64,000 bases of DNA from Lachnospiraceae bacterium (GTDB lineage Bacteria > Bacillota > Clostridia > Lachnospirales > Lachnospiraceae). The first letter of the stretch is position 1, and every line of letters starts with the position of its first letter. Of the stretch, positions 1 through 9,712 are shown in pieces. Below the pieces are notes generated by a model. It was not told the origin of the DNA and did no database searches. It saw only the letters and a program-made list of their open reading frames with translations. The translations under genes and the position numbers were made by a program. The stretch is from NCBI GenBank assembly GCA_050944395.1, contig JBMNQZ010000003.1:22244-86243 (forward strand), in the 5' to 3' direction.

Positions 1-55
1 ACTGGTTCTTCCTGTTCTCTATATTATCGGGGCTGTGAAGAATAAGACTGAATAA
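1..55 (+). CDS. 3' end of an upstream gene (partial; hydrophobic tail ...LVLPVLYIIGAVKNKTE*)
   Basis: An open frame enters from the window edge and ends at TAA 53-55. A strong terminator follows it. There is no sequence basis for assigning a function. Confidence 0.3.
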   Translation, partial: LVLPVLYIIGAVKNKTE

Positions 56-80
56 CCAGAAGCTGCATAAGCAGAATAAG

Positions 81-122
81 AAAAACCGCTGTTTGTATTT
101 ATTTATAAACAGCGGTTTTTTA
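81..122 (+). terminator. Rho-independent terminator
   Basis: Inverted repeat AAAAACCGCTGTTT (81-94) / AAACAGCGGTTTTT (107-120), running into a T tract. Confidence 0.8.
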
Positions 123-363
123 AGTTGTACAGAAAAGGGCCTGCAAAGCTCCTTGAGGCATTTTTAATTGACGGTGCTCATTTTTCAGCATTACTGTTTA
201 ATGAACACTGTCCGCACGGGGCGGCTTTTTTGGTATGCCGCTTTCCGAAAGCCGCAAGGGAACCGGTATTTTTCAAAAAAGATAAATAGAGAAAAGTATA
301 AAGGGCACTCAAGATTGTGTTTAGACAATGTGCTGAAAATCGGATTGATTAAGCAAAGAAATT

Positions 364-411
364 TGTCAATTATTAGATTAAATTGACATATAGCACATAG
401 TCAATTAGTAT
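364..411 (+). promoter_or_regulatory. Candidate promoter with an overlapping inverted repeat, upstream of the Crp/Fnr gene
   Basis: TTGACA at 383-388, a 17-nt spacer, then TAGTAT at 406-411. Inverted repeat TGTCAAT (364-370) / ATTGACA (382-388) with an 11-nt spacer overlaps the -35 element. Confidence 0.35.
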
Positions 412-500
412 AGTAAATAATAGAAGTGTCTCGAGTGGGACAAAAATTTGACACACTATTTATTTCATCAAAATTGCAGATACAGCCGGATACGAAAAAT

Positions 501-1169
501 ATGGAATTAATATTGATCGACAGATATATGGAAATAATTAAACAGTGCCCTTTGTTTGATAAGGTTCCTGATTCGGAGCTCCGTAGAATTCTGGAAGCGG
601 ATGATACTCGTTTGATCAGAGTGGACAGATCCCGGGAATTGACCAATGAATGCATGTATGTGGTTATCAAAGGATTTGTGCATATTGAGAAGGCTGCTTC
701 CGATGGGCGGTATATTACCATGAGAAGTGCGGGAGTTGCTTCTCCTATCAATGTTGCCGGAGCGTTGGGAAAGAAGGATGAAAATTCCAGACTTACTGCA
801 AGCAGGGACGGACGGCTTTTGTGCATCAGCGGAAAGACTCTTGAAAGGAGTATCCGCAAAGGCGGACAACTGGCCTATAATATCGTCGATTTTTTATCCG
901 AGAGGATATATTTTTTGAATAAAAAGATCGTGTCGCTGGCCGGGTATACCGCAGCGAGCCGGCTGAATATGTATATAGAAGAAAATCGCGTCGGGAATGA
1001 AGTTATTATTCCCATGAGCCTTGCTGAATTTGCCGAGTATCTGGGGGTCGGCCGGGCGTCTCTTTACAGAACGCTTGATGCCCTGGAAAGTTCGGGGAAG
1101 ATTGAGCGGAAGGGCAGAAAAATAACGATTACGGAGGATCGCGCAGAAGATCATCCGGAACAGGAATGA
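501..1169 (+). CDS. Crp/Fnr-family transcriptional regulator (cNMP-binding-like domain plus C-terminal HTH)
   Basis: The N-terminus MELILIDRYMEIIKQCPLFDKVPDSEL is typical of the family. The C-terminal HTH reads MSLAEFAEYLGVGRASLYRTLDALESSGKI. The ORF track starts at GTG 426; I prefer ATG 501. The stop lies only 8-14 nt before the next gene. Confidence 0.8.
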   Translation: MELILIDRYMEIIKQCPLFDKVPDSELRRILEADDTRLIRVDRSRELTNECMYVVIKGFVHIEKAASDGRYITMRSAGVASPINVAGALGKKDENSRLTASRDGRLLCISGKTLERSIRKGGQLAYNIVDFLSERIYFLNKKIVSLAGYTAASRLNMYIEENRVGNEVIIPMSLAEFAEYLGVGRASLYRTLDALESSGKIERKGRKITITEDRAEDHPEQE

Positions 1170-1182
1170 TAAGAGAGTGATT

Positions 1183-3771
1183 ATGGATAAGTATTATTCG
1201 GGTAAAAAAATAGGGGAAGCGGATTTCCCGATACCGTTTCCGCAGCAGCTGGAATACAGTTCACCGGCAAGAGGTGTCTGGAATATCGTTCATACCGGCA
1301 TGCTCATACCGGAGTGTCATGAGATTTTTGTATGCGCCAAGGGATGTCTGAGAGGTGTTGTTCTCACAGCGGCTGAAATGGGACAGATGGGACGGTATTC
1401 GGCGCTGGAGATTCAGGAAAAATATGTCATTACCGGGCATATTGAGGAATTTATGATAAAGGGCGTCGGGGATATATTAAGCAAGCTTTCCTACAGACCC
1501 AAGGCGGTATTGTTGTATATTAACTGCCAGCATTTTTTCCTGGCATATGACCAGCAGTATGTATTCCGGACACTGAGGGAAACTTATCCGGATATAGATT
1601 TTGCGGATTGTTATATGATACCGACGCTGAGAAAGAGCGGAATGAGTCCCGACAGGAAAATGAGGATCCAGCTTTACAGCCTGCTGAAGCAACGACCGGA
1701 AAATGACAGGCAGATAAACCTGATGGGAAGCAATCATGCGATAGAGAGAACGAGTGAGCTTTACGAGATGCTGGAAAACAAAAAATACAGTATCAGATCT
1801 CTGAATGACTGCAGTACCTATGAAGAATATCAGCAGCTTGCCGCGGGAAGGCTGAACATCATTTATGAGCCCCAGGCGATAAATGCGGCAAAGGATATGA
1901 AGGAAAGGCTGGGAATTCCGTATCTTTATCTGCCCTGCGTTTTTTCCGAACATGAGATCTCCCTGAGATATAAATATCTTCTTGCAGAATTATATGAGGA
2001 TCACGATGATGACTGGCTTGCCGGGAAGGAGAGAGAGGCTTCAAGGGCGATAAAGAAAGCCCGTGAGATCATAGGAGATACCGCAATTGCGATCGATTAT
2101 ACTCTGGTCTTCAGAGTGCTGTCGCTGTCGAGAAGGCTTTTGGAGGCCGGATTTAATCTTAAGAGAATATATGTTGATGTCATGAATCCCGAGGAGAGGA
2201 GAGATTTCGACTGGATAAAGGAAAATCATCCCGAGATTGAAATATTCCCGACATCGCGACCCGATATGAGACGAATGAAGGGAAGACTATCGGAAAAATC
2301 CGGAGGAAAGGTTCTGGCTCTTGGCCAGAAGGCTGCATATTTTGAGCAGACGGAGTATTTTACGGATATTACCGAGGGCGGAGGACTTTTCGGATATGAC
2401 GGAATTATCAGGATGGCTGAGCTCATGACGGATGCTTTCCTCAATAAAAAGGATGTCAGGGAGCTGGTGCAGAAGAAGGGCACAGGATGCAGGTGCATTC
2501 TCGGTGAGGACCCTGATGAATATGCAAGGATTCCGTCGGAGCTGAGCCGCATTTCATCCACGGGGATGAAGGAGAGCGCCAGTCTGATACCGACATATTC
2601 CTCGGATGAATTCGGAGTGTGTTCCGCACTTTACGATCTGGGCGGAATGACGGTCATGCACGATGCATCCGGATGCAATTCGACATACACAACTCACGAT
2701 GAACCGAGATGGTACGATTCGGACAGTCTGGTATACATTTCGGCGGTATCGGAGAGGGAATCGATATTGGGAGATGACGGGAAGCTGATGCGGGATATTT
2801 CGGACGCTGCCGACATGCTGGATCCGGAGTTTATTGCCCTGGTGGGAGCACCTATCCCATACATGACGGGAACCGATCTTAAGGGAATCGCCAGGGTGAT
2901 CGAAGCCGAGCGAGGGACGGTCTGCATGGGCTTTCAGACGAACGGCATGCGCGACTATGTAAGAGGAATATCGCTGGCGCTCGAGGCAATTGCCGACCGC
3001 TACTGCCCGAAAGGAGACGAAGAAGAGCTGCGGGAAAGAACAAAAGTAAGCGCCGGATACAGGGCCGGTGCCCGCATGATAACGGCATCCGATCTGGAGG
3101 GCGCGGAAAATATCAATATTATCGGCGTTACTCCGATGGACTTCCATGATATGGATGCGGTTGAGAGGATACGCAGCTGGATAGCTGAAAAAAATGTTCA
3201 AAAGGTGCCAGGCACCATTTTATCATTTGGTATGAACGGGGATCTTGCCGGGTACAGCAATGCCGGATCGGCAGATCTGAATCTTGTTCTCTCGTCAGGA
3301 GGTCTGAAATGCGCGGAGCTTTTGAGGGAGCGTTTCGGAACACCGTTTGTTGTCGGCGTACCGTGCGAGGCTTTTGCGGATGATGAGGCGCTGAAACGCG
3401 TAACCTGGCTTGAAAGACTGAATAAGGGTGACAATGTTCTGATAATAGGCGAGTACGTAACTTCGAGATCTCTTGCAGATTATCTTGAGAAATCAAAAGG
3501 AGTAAATGCCGTGGTGTTTGCCATGACTGAGACGGCTCCCCGCCTGCTTAGAAAGAATGAGAACGGCGAAGCTTCAGATAAGATATTAAACGGTGAAGAT
3601 GAGCTTATCAGGGAGCTGAAGGCTCTCGAGAGCGAAGGTTTGATTGATAAGGTGATCGCGGATCCGTTTTTCAAAGTAATATGTCCGGAGTCGGCAGAAT
3701 TCATATCTGTACCGCACAGGGCATTTTCAGGAAGGATATTTGATAATGTTAAAACTTGCAATTTATGGTAA
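1183..3771 (+). CDS. Fused nitrogenase component-1-like oxidoreductase (two NifD/K/E/N-like halves in one 862-aa chain)
   Basis: By eye, the N-terminal half is paralogous to ORF 4492-5820 (shared blocks [40 protein letters not shown]). The C-terminal half is paralogous to ORF 5817-6935 (shared ...DEPRW..., [26 protein letters not shown]). It sits next to a NifH-like gene. The start is either GTG 1177 or ATG 1183. Confidence 0.75.
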   Translation: MDKYYSGKKIGEADFPIPFPQQLEYSSPARGVWNIVHTGMLIPECHEIFVCAKGCLRGVVLTAAEMGQMGRYSALEIQEKYVITGHIEEFMIKGVGDILSKLSYRPKAVLLYINCQHFFLAYDQQYVFRTLRETYPDIDFADCYMIPTLRKSGMSPDRKMRIQLYSLLKQRPENDRQINLMGSNHAIERTSELYEMLENKKYSIRSLNDCSTYEEYQQLAAGRLNIIYEPQAINAAKDMKERLGIPYLYLPCVFSEHEISLRYKYLLAELYEDHDDDWLAGKEREASRAIKKAREIIGDTAIAIDYTLVFRVLSLSRRLLEAGFNLKRIYVDVMNPEERRDFDWIKENHPEIEIFPTSRPDMRRMKGRLSEKSGGKVLALGQKAAYFEQTEYFTDITEGGGLFGYDGIIRMAELMTDAFLNKKDVRELVQKKGTGCRCILGEDPDEYARIPSELSRISSTGMKESASLIPTYSSDEFGVCSALYDLGGMTVMHDASGCNSTYTTHDEPRWYDSDSLVYISAVSERESILGDDGKLMRDISDAADMLDPEFIALVGAPIPYMTGTDLKGIARVIEAERGTVCMGFQTNGMRDYVRGISLALEAIADRYCPKGDEEELRERTKVSAGYRAGARMITASDLEGAENINIIGVTPMDFHDMDAVERIRSWIAEKNVQKVPGTILSFGMNGDLAGYSNAGSADLNLVLSSGGLKCAELLRERFGTPFVVGVPCEAFADDEALKRVTWLERLNKGDNVLIIGEYVTSRSLADYLEKSKGVNAVVFAMTETAPRLLRKNENGEASDKILNGEDELIRELKALESEGLIDKVIADPFFKVICPESAEFISVPHRAFSGRIFDNVKTCNLW

Positions 3772-4495
3772 AGGCGGAATAGGAAAATCAACTACAACGG
3801 CTAACCTTGCGGCAGCCTTTGCATCTATGGGAAAAAAGGTCGTGCAGATAGGCTGTGATCCGAAGGCGGATTCAACGGTCAATCTTCTCCACGGGAATCC
3901 CGTGAAATCCGTAATGGATTACATGAGAGATTTTGATGAGGCGCCGGACAGCCTGGATAAGATAGCAAAGGAAGGTTTCGGAGGCGTTGTCTGTATCGAG
4001 ACCGGAGGACCTACCCCGGGACTGGGATGTGCGGGAAGGGGAATACTTACAACCTTTTCGCTCCTTGCGGATCTGGAGCTTTTTGAGACGTATAAACCGG
4101 ATGTTGTACTTTATGATGTTCTGGGGGATGTTGTGTGCGGAGGATTTGCGGCGCCTATCAGAGAGGGCTATGCAGAGCATGTTCTTATCGTGACCTCCGG
4201 AGAAAAAATGGCACTCTATGCAGCCAACAATATCTGTACGGCGGTCGAAAACTTTAAGGACAGAGGCTACGCTTCGGTGCTCGGCGTGATAATGAATCGC
4301 CGTGATGTGGAAAATGAGGAGGAGAAGGTGACGGCCTTTGCCTCGTCAAAAAATCTTCCGGTCCTTGCGGACATTCCGAGAAGCAAAGAGATCATTAAAT
4401 ATGAAGATATGGGAATGACCGTTGTGGAAGGCGATGCGGATCTTGATGTCAGCAGGAGATATATTAAACTTGCGGAAAGGCTTTTGGAATTATGA
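3746..4495 (+). CDS. NifH/BchL/CfbC-family ATPase (nitrogenase iron-protein-like reductase component)
   Basis: P-loop [12 protein letters not shown]. Switch I CDPKADST. The two [4Fe-4S] cysteines occur in their canonical contexts, GLGCAGRG and [12 protein letters not shown]. An AGGAAGGA RBS precedes ATG 3746. The gene overlaps the upstream gene's end, and its stop overlaps the next start (ATGA). Confidence 0.9.
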   Translation: MLKLAIYGKGGIGKSTTTANLAAAFASMGKKVVQIGCDPKADSTVNLLHGNPVKSVMDYMRDFDEAPDSLDKIAKEGFGGVVCIETGGPTPGLGCAGRGILTTFSLLADLELFETYKPDVVLYDVLGDVVCGGFAAPIREGYAEHVLIVTSGEKMALYAANNICTAVENFKDRGYASVLGVIMNRRDVENEEEKVTAFASSKNLPVLADIPRSKEIIKYEDMGMTVVEGDADLDVSRRYIKLAERLLEL

Positions 4496-5820
4496 CGCGG
4501 GAAGACAAACAGTTTATGAATGAGAGGTGTGTTTCGTTTACCGCTTCGGAGCTGGCATCGATGGATTTTTCGGGGATACCCTCGGAGCTGAAATCCGGGG
4601 AGCATCTCATATACAGTTCCCCGGCAACTTTAAGCTTTAATTCTCCGGGTGCTCAGGGATTCGGAGTGAAACGGGCGGGGCTTGCGATACCGGGTTCGGT
4701 AATGCTTCTTGTGGCTCCGGGCTGCTGCGGCAGAAACACCTCGGTGTTGAGTGACGAAAAGAGATACGGTTCCAGATTTTTCTATCTTCTTCAGGATGAT
4801 ACGGATATCGTGACGGGGCGTCATCTCATGAGAATCCCCCGGGCGGTAAAGGAGGTTGTTGATTCACTGGATGAAAAGCCGTCCTGCGTGATGATCTGTA
4901 CGACCTGCGTTGATGCGCTTTTGGGAACCGATGTGGAACGTGTCTGCAGAAAGTCGACCGATAAAGCGGGGGTTCCCGTGATTCCGTGTTATATGTACGC
5001 ACTCACGAGAGACGGGAGCAAGCCGCCGATGGTAGAAGTGAGAAAAAGCATTTATTCACTTCTTGAAGAGCGTCCCAGAAAGAGCAATGTGGTTAATCTT
5101 CTGGGTGAGTTTTCTCCGTATGACGATGAAACGGAGCTCTACGATATTCTTCATAAGCTCGGAATAAAAAAGATCAATGAGATCTCCAGATGTAAGACTT
5201 TTGAAGAATATAAAAAGATGGCCGAAGCGAATTTTAATATTGTGATAAATCCCGAATGCAGATATGCGGCCGACGATATTTACAAAAGGCTGGGAATACC
5301 GGCTGTCTCGCTTACCAGGCAGTACAGGATCGATAAGATCCACAGCCAATATCAGCTTTTCGGCGGGGCGATAGGCTGTAAAATTGACGATTCGGAATAT
5401 TACGGGAGAGCGGAAAGGTCTGTGAAACAATTTTCGGAGAAATTCGGAGGGGAAAAGCCGCTGAAAATTGCGATCGGAGAATGGATGAACGGAGATCCCT
5501 TTGAGATGGCTGCGGCATTTGCCGGTTACGGAATGAAAATAACGGAAATATTCGGAACAGTGACAGATACAAATCTTGCCTACATAAGAAAGCTTGCGTC
5601 AATGGATCCGGATGTAAGAATTTATACAAATCTTCATCCGACAATGATCAATTATGATATGAGCAGGATCGAGTGCGATATTACCATAGGAAAGGACGCC
5701 GGATATTATCATCCGGACTGCCCGAATATCCCGTGGAACAGCGAGGACAGACCGTTTGGATATGCAGGCCTTGAGAAGCTGCTTAAGGAGATCGAGAAAA
5801 ATGCCGGAGGTGCTGAATGA
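4492..5820 (+). CDS. Nitrogenase component-1-like protein (X' subunit, NifD/E-like position)
   Basis: Paralogue of the N-terminal half of ORF 1183-3771. Cysteine motifs VAPGCCGRN and [16 protein letters not shown] overlaps couple it to both neighbouring genes. Confidence 0.7.
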   Translation: MTREDKQFMNERCVSFTASELASMDFSGIPSELKSGEHLIYSSPATLSFNSPGAQGFGVKRAGLAIPGSVMLLVAPGCCGRNTSVLSDEKRYGSRFFYLLQDDTDIVTGRHLMRIPRAVKEVVDSLDEKPSCVMICTTCVDALLGTDVERVCRKSTDKAGVPVIPCYMYALTRDGSKPPMVEVRKSIYSLLEERPRKSNVVNLLGEFSPYDDETELYDILHKLGIKKINEISRCKTFEEYKKMAEANFNIVINPECRYAADDIYKRLGIPAVSLTRQYRIDKIHSQYQLFGGAIGCKIDDSEYYGRAERSVKQFSEKFGGEKPLKIAIGEWMNGDPFEMAAAFAGYGMKITEIFGTVTDTNLAYIRKLASMDPDVRIYTNLHPTMINYDMSRIECDITIGKDAGYYHPDCPNIPWNSEDRPFGYAGLEKLLKEIEKNAGGAE

Positions 5821-6935
5821 AGGGATTATTAAAGTATCTTGCTCCGTTTGCTCCGGATCAGTCCGGCGCGGCAGCTGTATTCTATGATATGGATTGCATC
5901 ACAGTGGTATGCGATGCGGGAGGATGCATAGGAAATTACTGCGGGTTTGACGAGCCCAGATGGTTCGGGCACAAGAGCCCTATCTTCAGTGCCGGCCTGC
6001 GCGATATGGATGCGATACTGGGAAGAGATGACAAGATGGTCGCAAAGCTTAAGCTGGTGTCCGACAAGTTCAACTCAAAATTTGCTGCACTTATCGGCAC
6101 CCCTGTTCCTGCTGTCATAGGAACCGATTACAGAGCGCTGAAAAAAATGGCGTCAAAGAGGTGCGGGATCCCCGTCCTTGGTGTTGAGTGCAGCGGAACC
6201 AAGCTGTATGACGAGGGCGAGTCTGACGCTTATCTGGAATTGTTCAGAAACTTTTCAGGGGACGGAAAGACTGAAGATATTTCAAAAGATTTGCATGAGA
6301 ACGAGAGGATACTTGGAATTATCGGGGCGACGCCGCTGGAGCTGACCGATGTGGATGCGGATAAAAAGCTGAGGGATCATTATCTGAGAAGGGGTTACAC
6401 GAAGGTTTTCTGTTACGGAATGGGAGACGGCTTTGACGAGGTATGTATGGCCGGAAAAGCCGCGAAAAATATTGTTTTGTCCCCTGCGGGAATAAAAGCG
6501 GCGGAATATCTTAAGGAAACATTCGGAACACCGTATGAGGCGGAGTATATGATTCTCGGGGATGATATAAAGGATGAGGCGAGGAAGAAGCTCCTGGCCG
6601 CAAAGGCGTCAAAAAAAGCAGGAGCCGATGACGAAGGACCGATAAAGATTCTTGTCATTCATCAGCAGGTGATAGCGGATGCTATGAGAACATTTATAGA
6701 AGATGAAGCCGGAGAGGCTGAGGTATCAAATGCCACCTTCTTTATGATGGACAGATCGCTGGCAAGGCCGGGAGATGTTCACATTGAATCCGAGGAGGAG
6801 CTGCGGAAGCTTGTTTTCGAGGGCGGATTCGACATCGTTGCCGCAGATGATATTCTCAGAAAAGCCGTGAGAGGATATGAGGGAGAATGGATCTCATTTC
6901 CGCATTTCGCGGTATCCGGAGATATCGAAAGATAG
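5817..6935 (+). CDS. Nitrogenase component-1-like protein (Y' subunit, NifK/N-like position)
   Basis: Paralogue of the C-terminal half of ORF 1183-3771. N-terminal CX4CX4CX4C motif (DCITVVCDAGGCIGNYCGFDEPRW). ATGA overlap with the upstream gene. Confidence 0.7.
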   Translation: MKGLLKYLAPFAPDQSGAAAVFYDMDCITVVCDAGGCIGNYCGFDEPRWFGHKSPIFSAGLRDMDAILGRDDKMVAKLKLVSDKFNSKFAALIGTPVPAVIGTDYRALKKMASKRCGIPVLGVECSGTKLYDEGESDAYLELFRNFSGDGKTEDISKDLHENERILGIIGATPLELTDVDADKKLRDHYLRRGYTKVFCYGMGDGFDEVCMAGKAAKNIVLSPAGIKAAEYLKETFGTPYEAEYMILGDDIKDEARKKLLAAKASKKAGADDEGPIKILVIHQQVIADAMRTFIEDEAGEAEVSNATFFMMDRSLARPGDVHIESEEELRKLVFEGGFDIVAADDILRKAVRGYEGEWISFPHFAVSGDIER

Positions 6936-6961
6936 AAAATTAAAAGTATTTGGAGAAATAC

Positions 6962-9379
6962 ATGAGCGACATGAAACAGACTTTCAGGATATGTGTGTAC
7001 GGAATAGTACAGGGGGTGGGCTTCAGGCCTTTTGTGAGCCGTATAGCTGATGCCGCAAAGATCACGGGAAGCGTGGCAAACCGCGGATCCTATGTCGAGA
7101 TATTTGCCTGCGGGACAAAGGGTCAGATTGAAATTTTCAGGCATGACCTTGAGGCGAAGGCTCCCGAGAGGTCGGATATATTGAAGATATCCATGCAGGA
7201 GATCTCCCACGATGATGAGAGGATCGCGGGGTATTCCGATTTTCAGATAATTGAAAGTGAACGGGAAGAAGGAAGCATTTACGTATCGCCGGATATTGCA
7301 ACGTGTCCGAAGTGTGCAAAGGAGTTATATGATCCGTCAGACAGGCGATATATGCATCCTTTCATAAATTGTACGGCATGCGGTCCCAGGCTGACTATTC
7401 TTGATTCCATGCCGTACGACAGAGTGAGGACGAGTATGGGAGAGTTCCCTATGTGCCCCGCCTGCGAGGAGGAATATACCCACGCCGAGAGCCGCAGGTA
7501 CGATGCACAGCCTGTCTGCTGCAATGACTGCGGCCCGGAGGTTTATATTATTAACGGGAAAAACGGCGGAATAGAAAACGCTTTGATAAAGGGACGAGAG
7601 GCGATCACCTATGCAAGGCAGGGAATTATCGACGGAAAGATAATTGCTATCAAGGGAATAGGCGGATATCACCTGTGCTGCAATGCAAAGGATGAGGCGG
7701 CGGTTGCCAGGCTCAGAACGCTGAAGAGGCGCCCGGCAAAACCGTTTGCGGTAATGATGAAGGATCTTGAAACGGTGAGAAGACAGTGCGAGATTCCCTC
7801 CGCAAAGACAGAGGAGCTTTTGAACGGACACCAGAAGCCGATCATTCTCCTTCGCAAAAAGGAGGACGGGACACTGGCGCCTTCCACCGCACCGGACAAT
7901 CCGAATATCGGGGTGATGCTGCCCTATGCTCCCGTGCAGATGCTGTTGTTTGACTACAATGACGGTCTGACAATGAATACCGACTGCTTTGTGATGACTT
8001 CCGGCAATGTAAGCGGGGCGCCCATATGCAGGACGGATGAGGATGCGGTCAGTGAATTATCGGGGTTCTGCGATATTATTCTTTCTCACAATAGAAAGAT
8101 TCGTCTTCGGGCGGACGATTCGGTTGTGGATATTTATGAAAATGAACCCTATATGATAAGAAGATCCAGGGGCTTTGCCCCGCTTCCGGTGATGACGGAT
8201 GCCGATCTTAAGGGCGCGGTTCTCGGAATCGGAGGAGAGCTGAAAAATACTTTCTGCATTGCCAAAGATCAGCTTTTTTATGAATCGCCCTACGTCGGAG
8301 ATATGGCGGATGTCAGAACCGTCAATGCATTGAGGGAATCCGTAAAACGTATGGAGGAGCTTCTGGAGGCCAAGCCCGAAAGAGTGATCTGCGATATGCA
8401 TCCGAAGTACAATACAACTCTGGTGGCAAATGAACAGGGAGTCGAAGTGACTCAGATCCAGCATCATTATGCTCATATTCTTTCGTGTATGGCGGAGAAT
8501 GATTTTGAAGGGCGTGTGATAGGACTTTCTTTTGACGGAACCGGATACGGAACCGACGGGACCATCTGGGGCGGAGAGCTTCTTCTTTGTGATTACAATG
8601 GATTTGAAAGGTCGGGAAGCATTATGCCGTTTAGCCAGGTCGGGGGAGATCTTTCGGCAAAAGAGGGCTGGCGGATCGCTGCATCCATGATCCATTCATT
8701 ATATAAAGAAGAGGGGCCTGGTATCTGTGAAAAGATCGGATTATGCAGTGAAGCTGAAGCGAAAATGATCGGAAAGATGGCGGACAGGGGCATTAACACA
8801 GTAATGTCCACCAGTGCCGGACGTCTGTTTGATGCCGTAAGTGCGGTTCTCGGAATCAGGAAAGCCTCCACATTTGAGGGAGAGGCTTCTATGACGCTTC
8901 AATTCAGAGCTCAAAAATATGAGACATATTATTCGGATCCGGCATCCGCAGAGGCGCTTGTCGATCGGATCGTGCAGGAGAATCCGAAGCTTCTTTCAAT
9001 GAAGGAGCTTGAGGGCAGGATGACAATGCCGACAGATGAGCTGTTTGCATATATTCTCTCGGAAACGGAAGGCAGAATAAAGGAATGCGGTCGGTCGGAC
9101 GATGAGTTCCAATGCAGGCTGGCCTATGTTTTCCATTCGGTACTTGCCAGGATGGCGGCAGAGGCGGCGAAAATAATTTTCGCATCGGGAAAGTGTGATA
9201 CGGCGGCTTTGAGCGGCGGAGTTTTTCAGAATACACTGCTGCTTGGACTGACCGAGAAGGGAATTATTTCCGGAGGACACAAGGTTATAAGGCATCATTT
9301 AATACCTCCGAACGACGGGGGAATAGCCCTTGGACAGGCTGCGTATGGGATGAGAAATATTGCCGGGAATAATATCTGA
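6962..9379 (+). CDS. hypF: Carbamoyltransferase HypF
   Basis: Acylphosphatase-like N-terminus (ICVYGIVQGVGFRPFV). Two zinc-finger pairs (CPKCAKELYDPSDRRYMHPFINCTACGPR and CPACEEEYTHAESRRYDAQPVCCNDCGP). A YrdC-like region (IKGIGGYHLCCNA) and a Kae1-like C-terminus. About 800 aa. ATG 6962 follows a GGAG RBS; the track start is TTG 6950. Confidence 0.92.
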   Translation: MSDMKQTFRICVYGIVQGVGFRPFVSRIADAAKITGSVANRGSYVEIFACGTKGQIEIFRHDLEAKAPERSDILKISMQEISHDDERIAGYSDFQIIESEREEGSIYVSPDIATCPKCAKELYDPSDRRYMHPFINCTACGPRLTILDSMPYDRVRTSMGEFPMCPACEEEYTHAESRRYDAQPVCCNDCGPEVYIINGKNGGIENALIKGREAITYARQGIIDGKIIAIKGIGGYHLCCNAKDEAAVARLRTLKRRPAKPFAVMMKDLETVRRQCEIPSAKTEELLNGHQKPIILLRKKEDGTLAPSTAPDNPNIGVMLPYAPVQMLLFDYNDGLTMNTDCFVMTSGNVSGAPICRTDEDAVSELSGFCDIILSHNRKIRLRADDSVVDIYENEPYMIRRSRGFAPLPVMTDADLKGAVLGIGGELKNTFCIAKDQLFYESPYVGDMADVRTVNALRESVKRMEELLEAKPERVICDMHPKYNTTLVANEQGVEVTQIQHHYAHILSCMAENDFEGRVIGLSFDGTGYGTDGTIWGGELLLCDYNGFERSGSIMPFSQVGGDLSAKEGWRIAASMIHSLYKEEGPGICEKIGLCSEAEAKMIGKMADRGINTVMSTSAGRLFDAVSAVLGIRKASTFEGEASMTLQFRAQKYETYYSDPASAEALVDRIVQENPKLLSMKELEGRMTMPTDELFAYILSETEGRIKECGRSDDEFQCRLAYVFHSVLARMAAEAAKIIFASGKCDTAALSGGVFQNTLLLGLTEKGIISGGHKVIRHHLIPPNDGGIALGQAAYGMRNIAGNNI

Positions 9380-9445
9380 GGCGATAGAGATATCTGATAA
9401 TAATAACATTTGATAAAGAAGGAGCGGTCAGCTTTAGGAGGAAAT

Positions 9446-9655
9446 ATGTGTGTAGGATTATCGGCGAAGGTTGTAGGAATTAAAAACGGCATGGCAGTAG
9501 TTGATGCCATGGGCGCAAAAAGAGAAGTTTCGGCGGAGCTTATCGATGAGCTTGAACCCGGAGATTACGTAATGGTGCATGCCGGGGTTGCCATTGCCAG
9601 GATCACTTCCGATGACACGGAAGAAACGGATGACATCCTGAATTCTCTTTTGTAA
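9446..9655 (+). CDS. hypC: HypC/HybG/HupF-family iron-cyanocarbonyl chaperone
   Basis: The 69-aa protein starts MCVGLSAKVVG, retaining the essential Cys2. An AGGAGG RBS lies 5 nt upstream of ATG 9446. It sits between hypF and hypD. The track start at 9410 is too long for this family. Confidence 0.85.
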   Translation: MCVGLSAKVVGIKNGMAVVDAMGAKREVSAELIDELEPGDYVMVHAGVAIARITSDDTEETDDILNSLL

Positions 9656-9712
9656 GGGATCGGAAAGGTTTTACAGGAAAAGCAGACTTGGATTTATTGC
9701 GGAGGAATTATT

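Noticed and set aside
168-386. 72-aa ORF upstream of the Crp/Fnr gene
   Set aside because: It lies in an AT-rich promoter region, has no convincing RBS, and its composition does not look protein-like.
1183-6935. Classical nitrogen-fixation (nifHDK/nifEN) locus
   Set aside because: No nifB, nifV or molybdate-related genes are present. The component-1 proteins are short (372-442 aa), and one pair is fused. Their cysteine patterns do not resemble the NifD/NifK P-cluster and FeMo-co ligand contexts I can recall. I therefore call the locus only nitrogenase-like.
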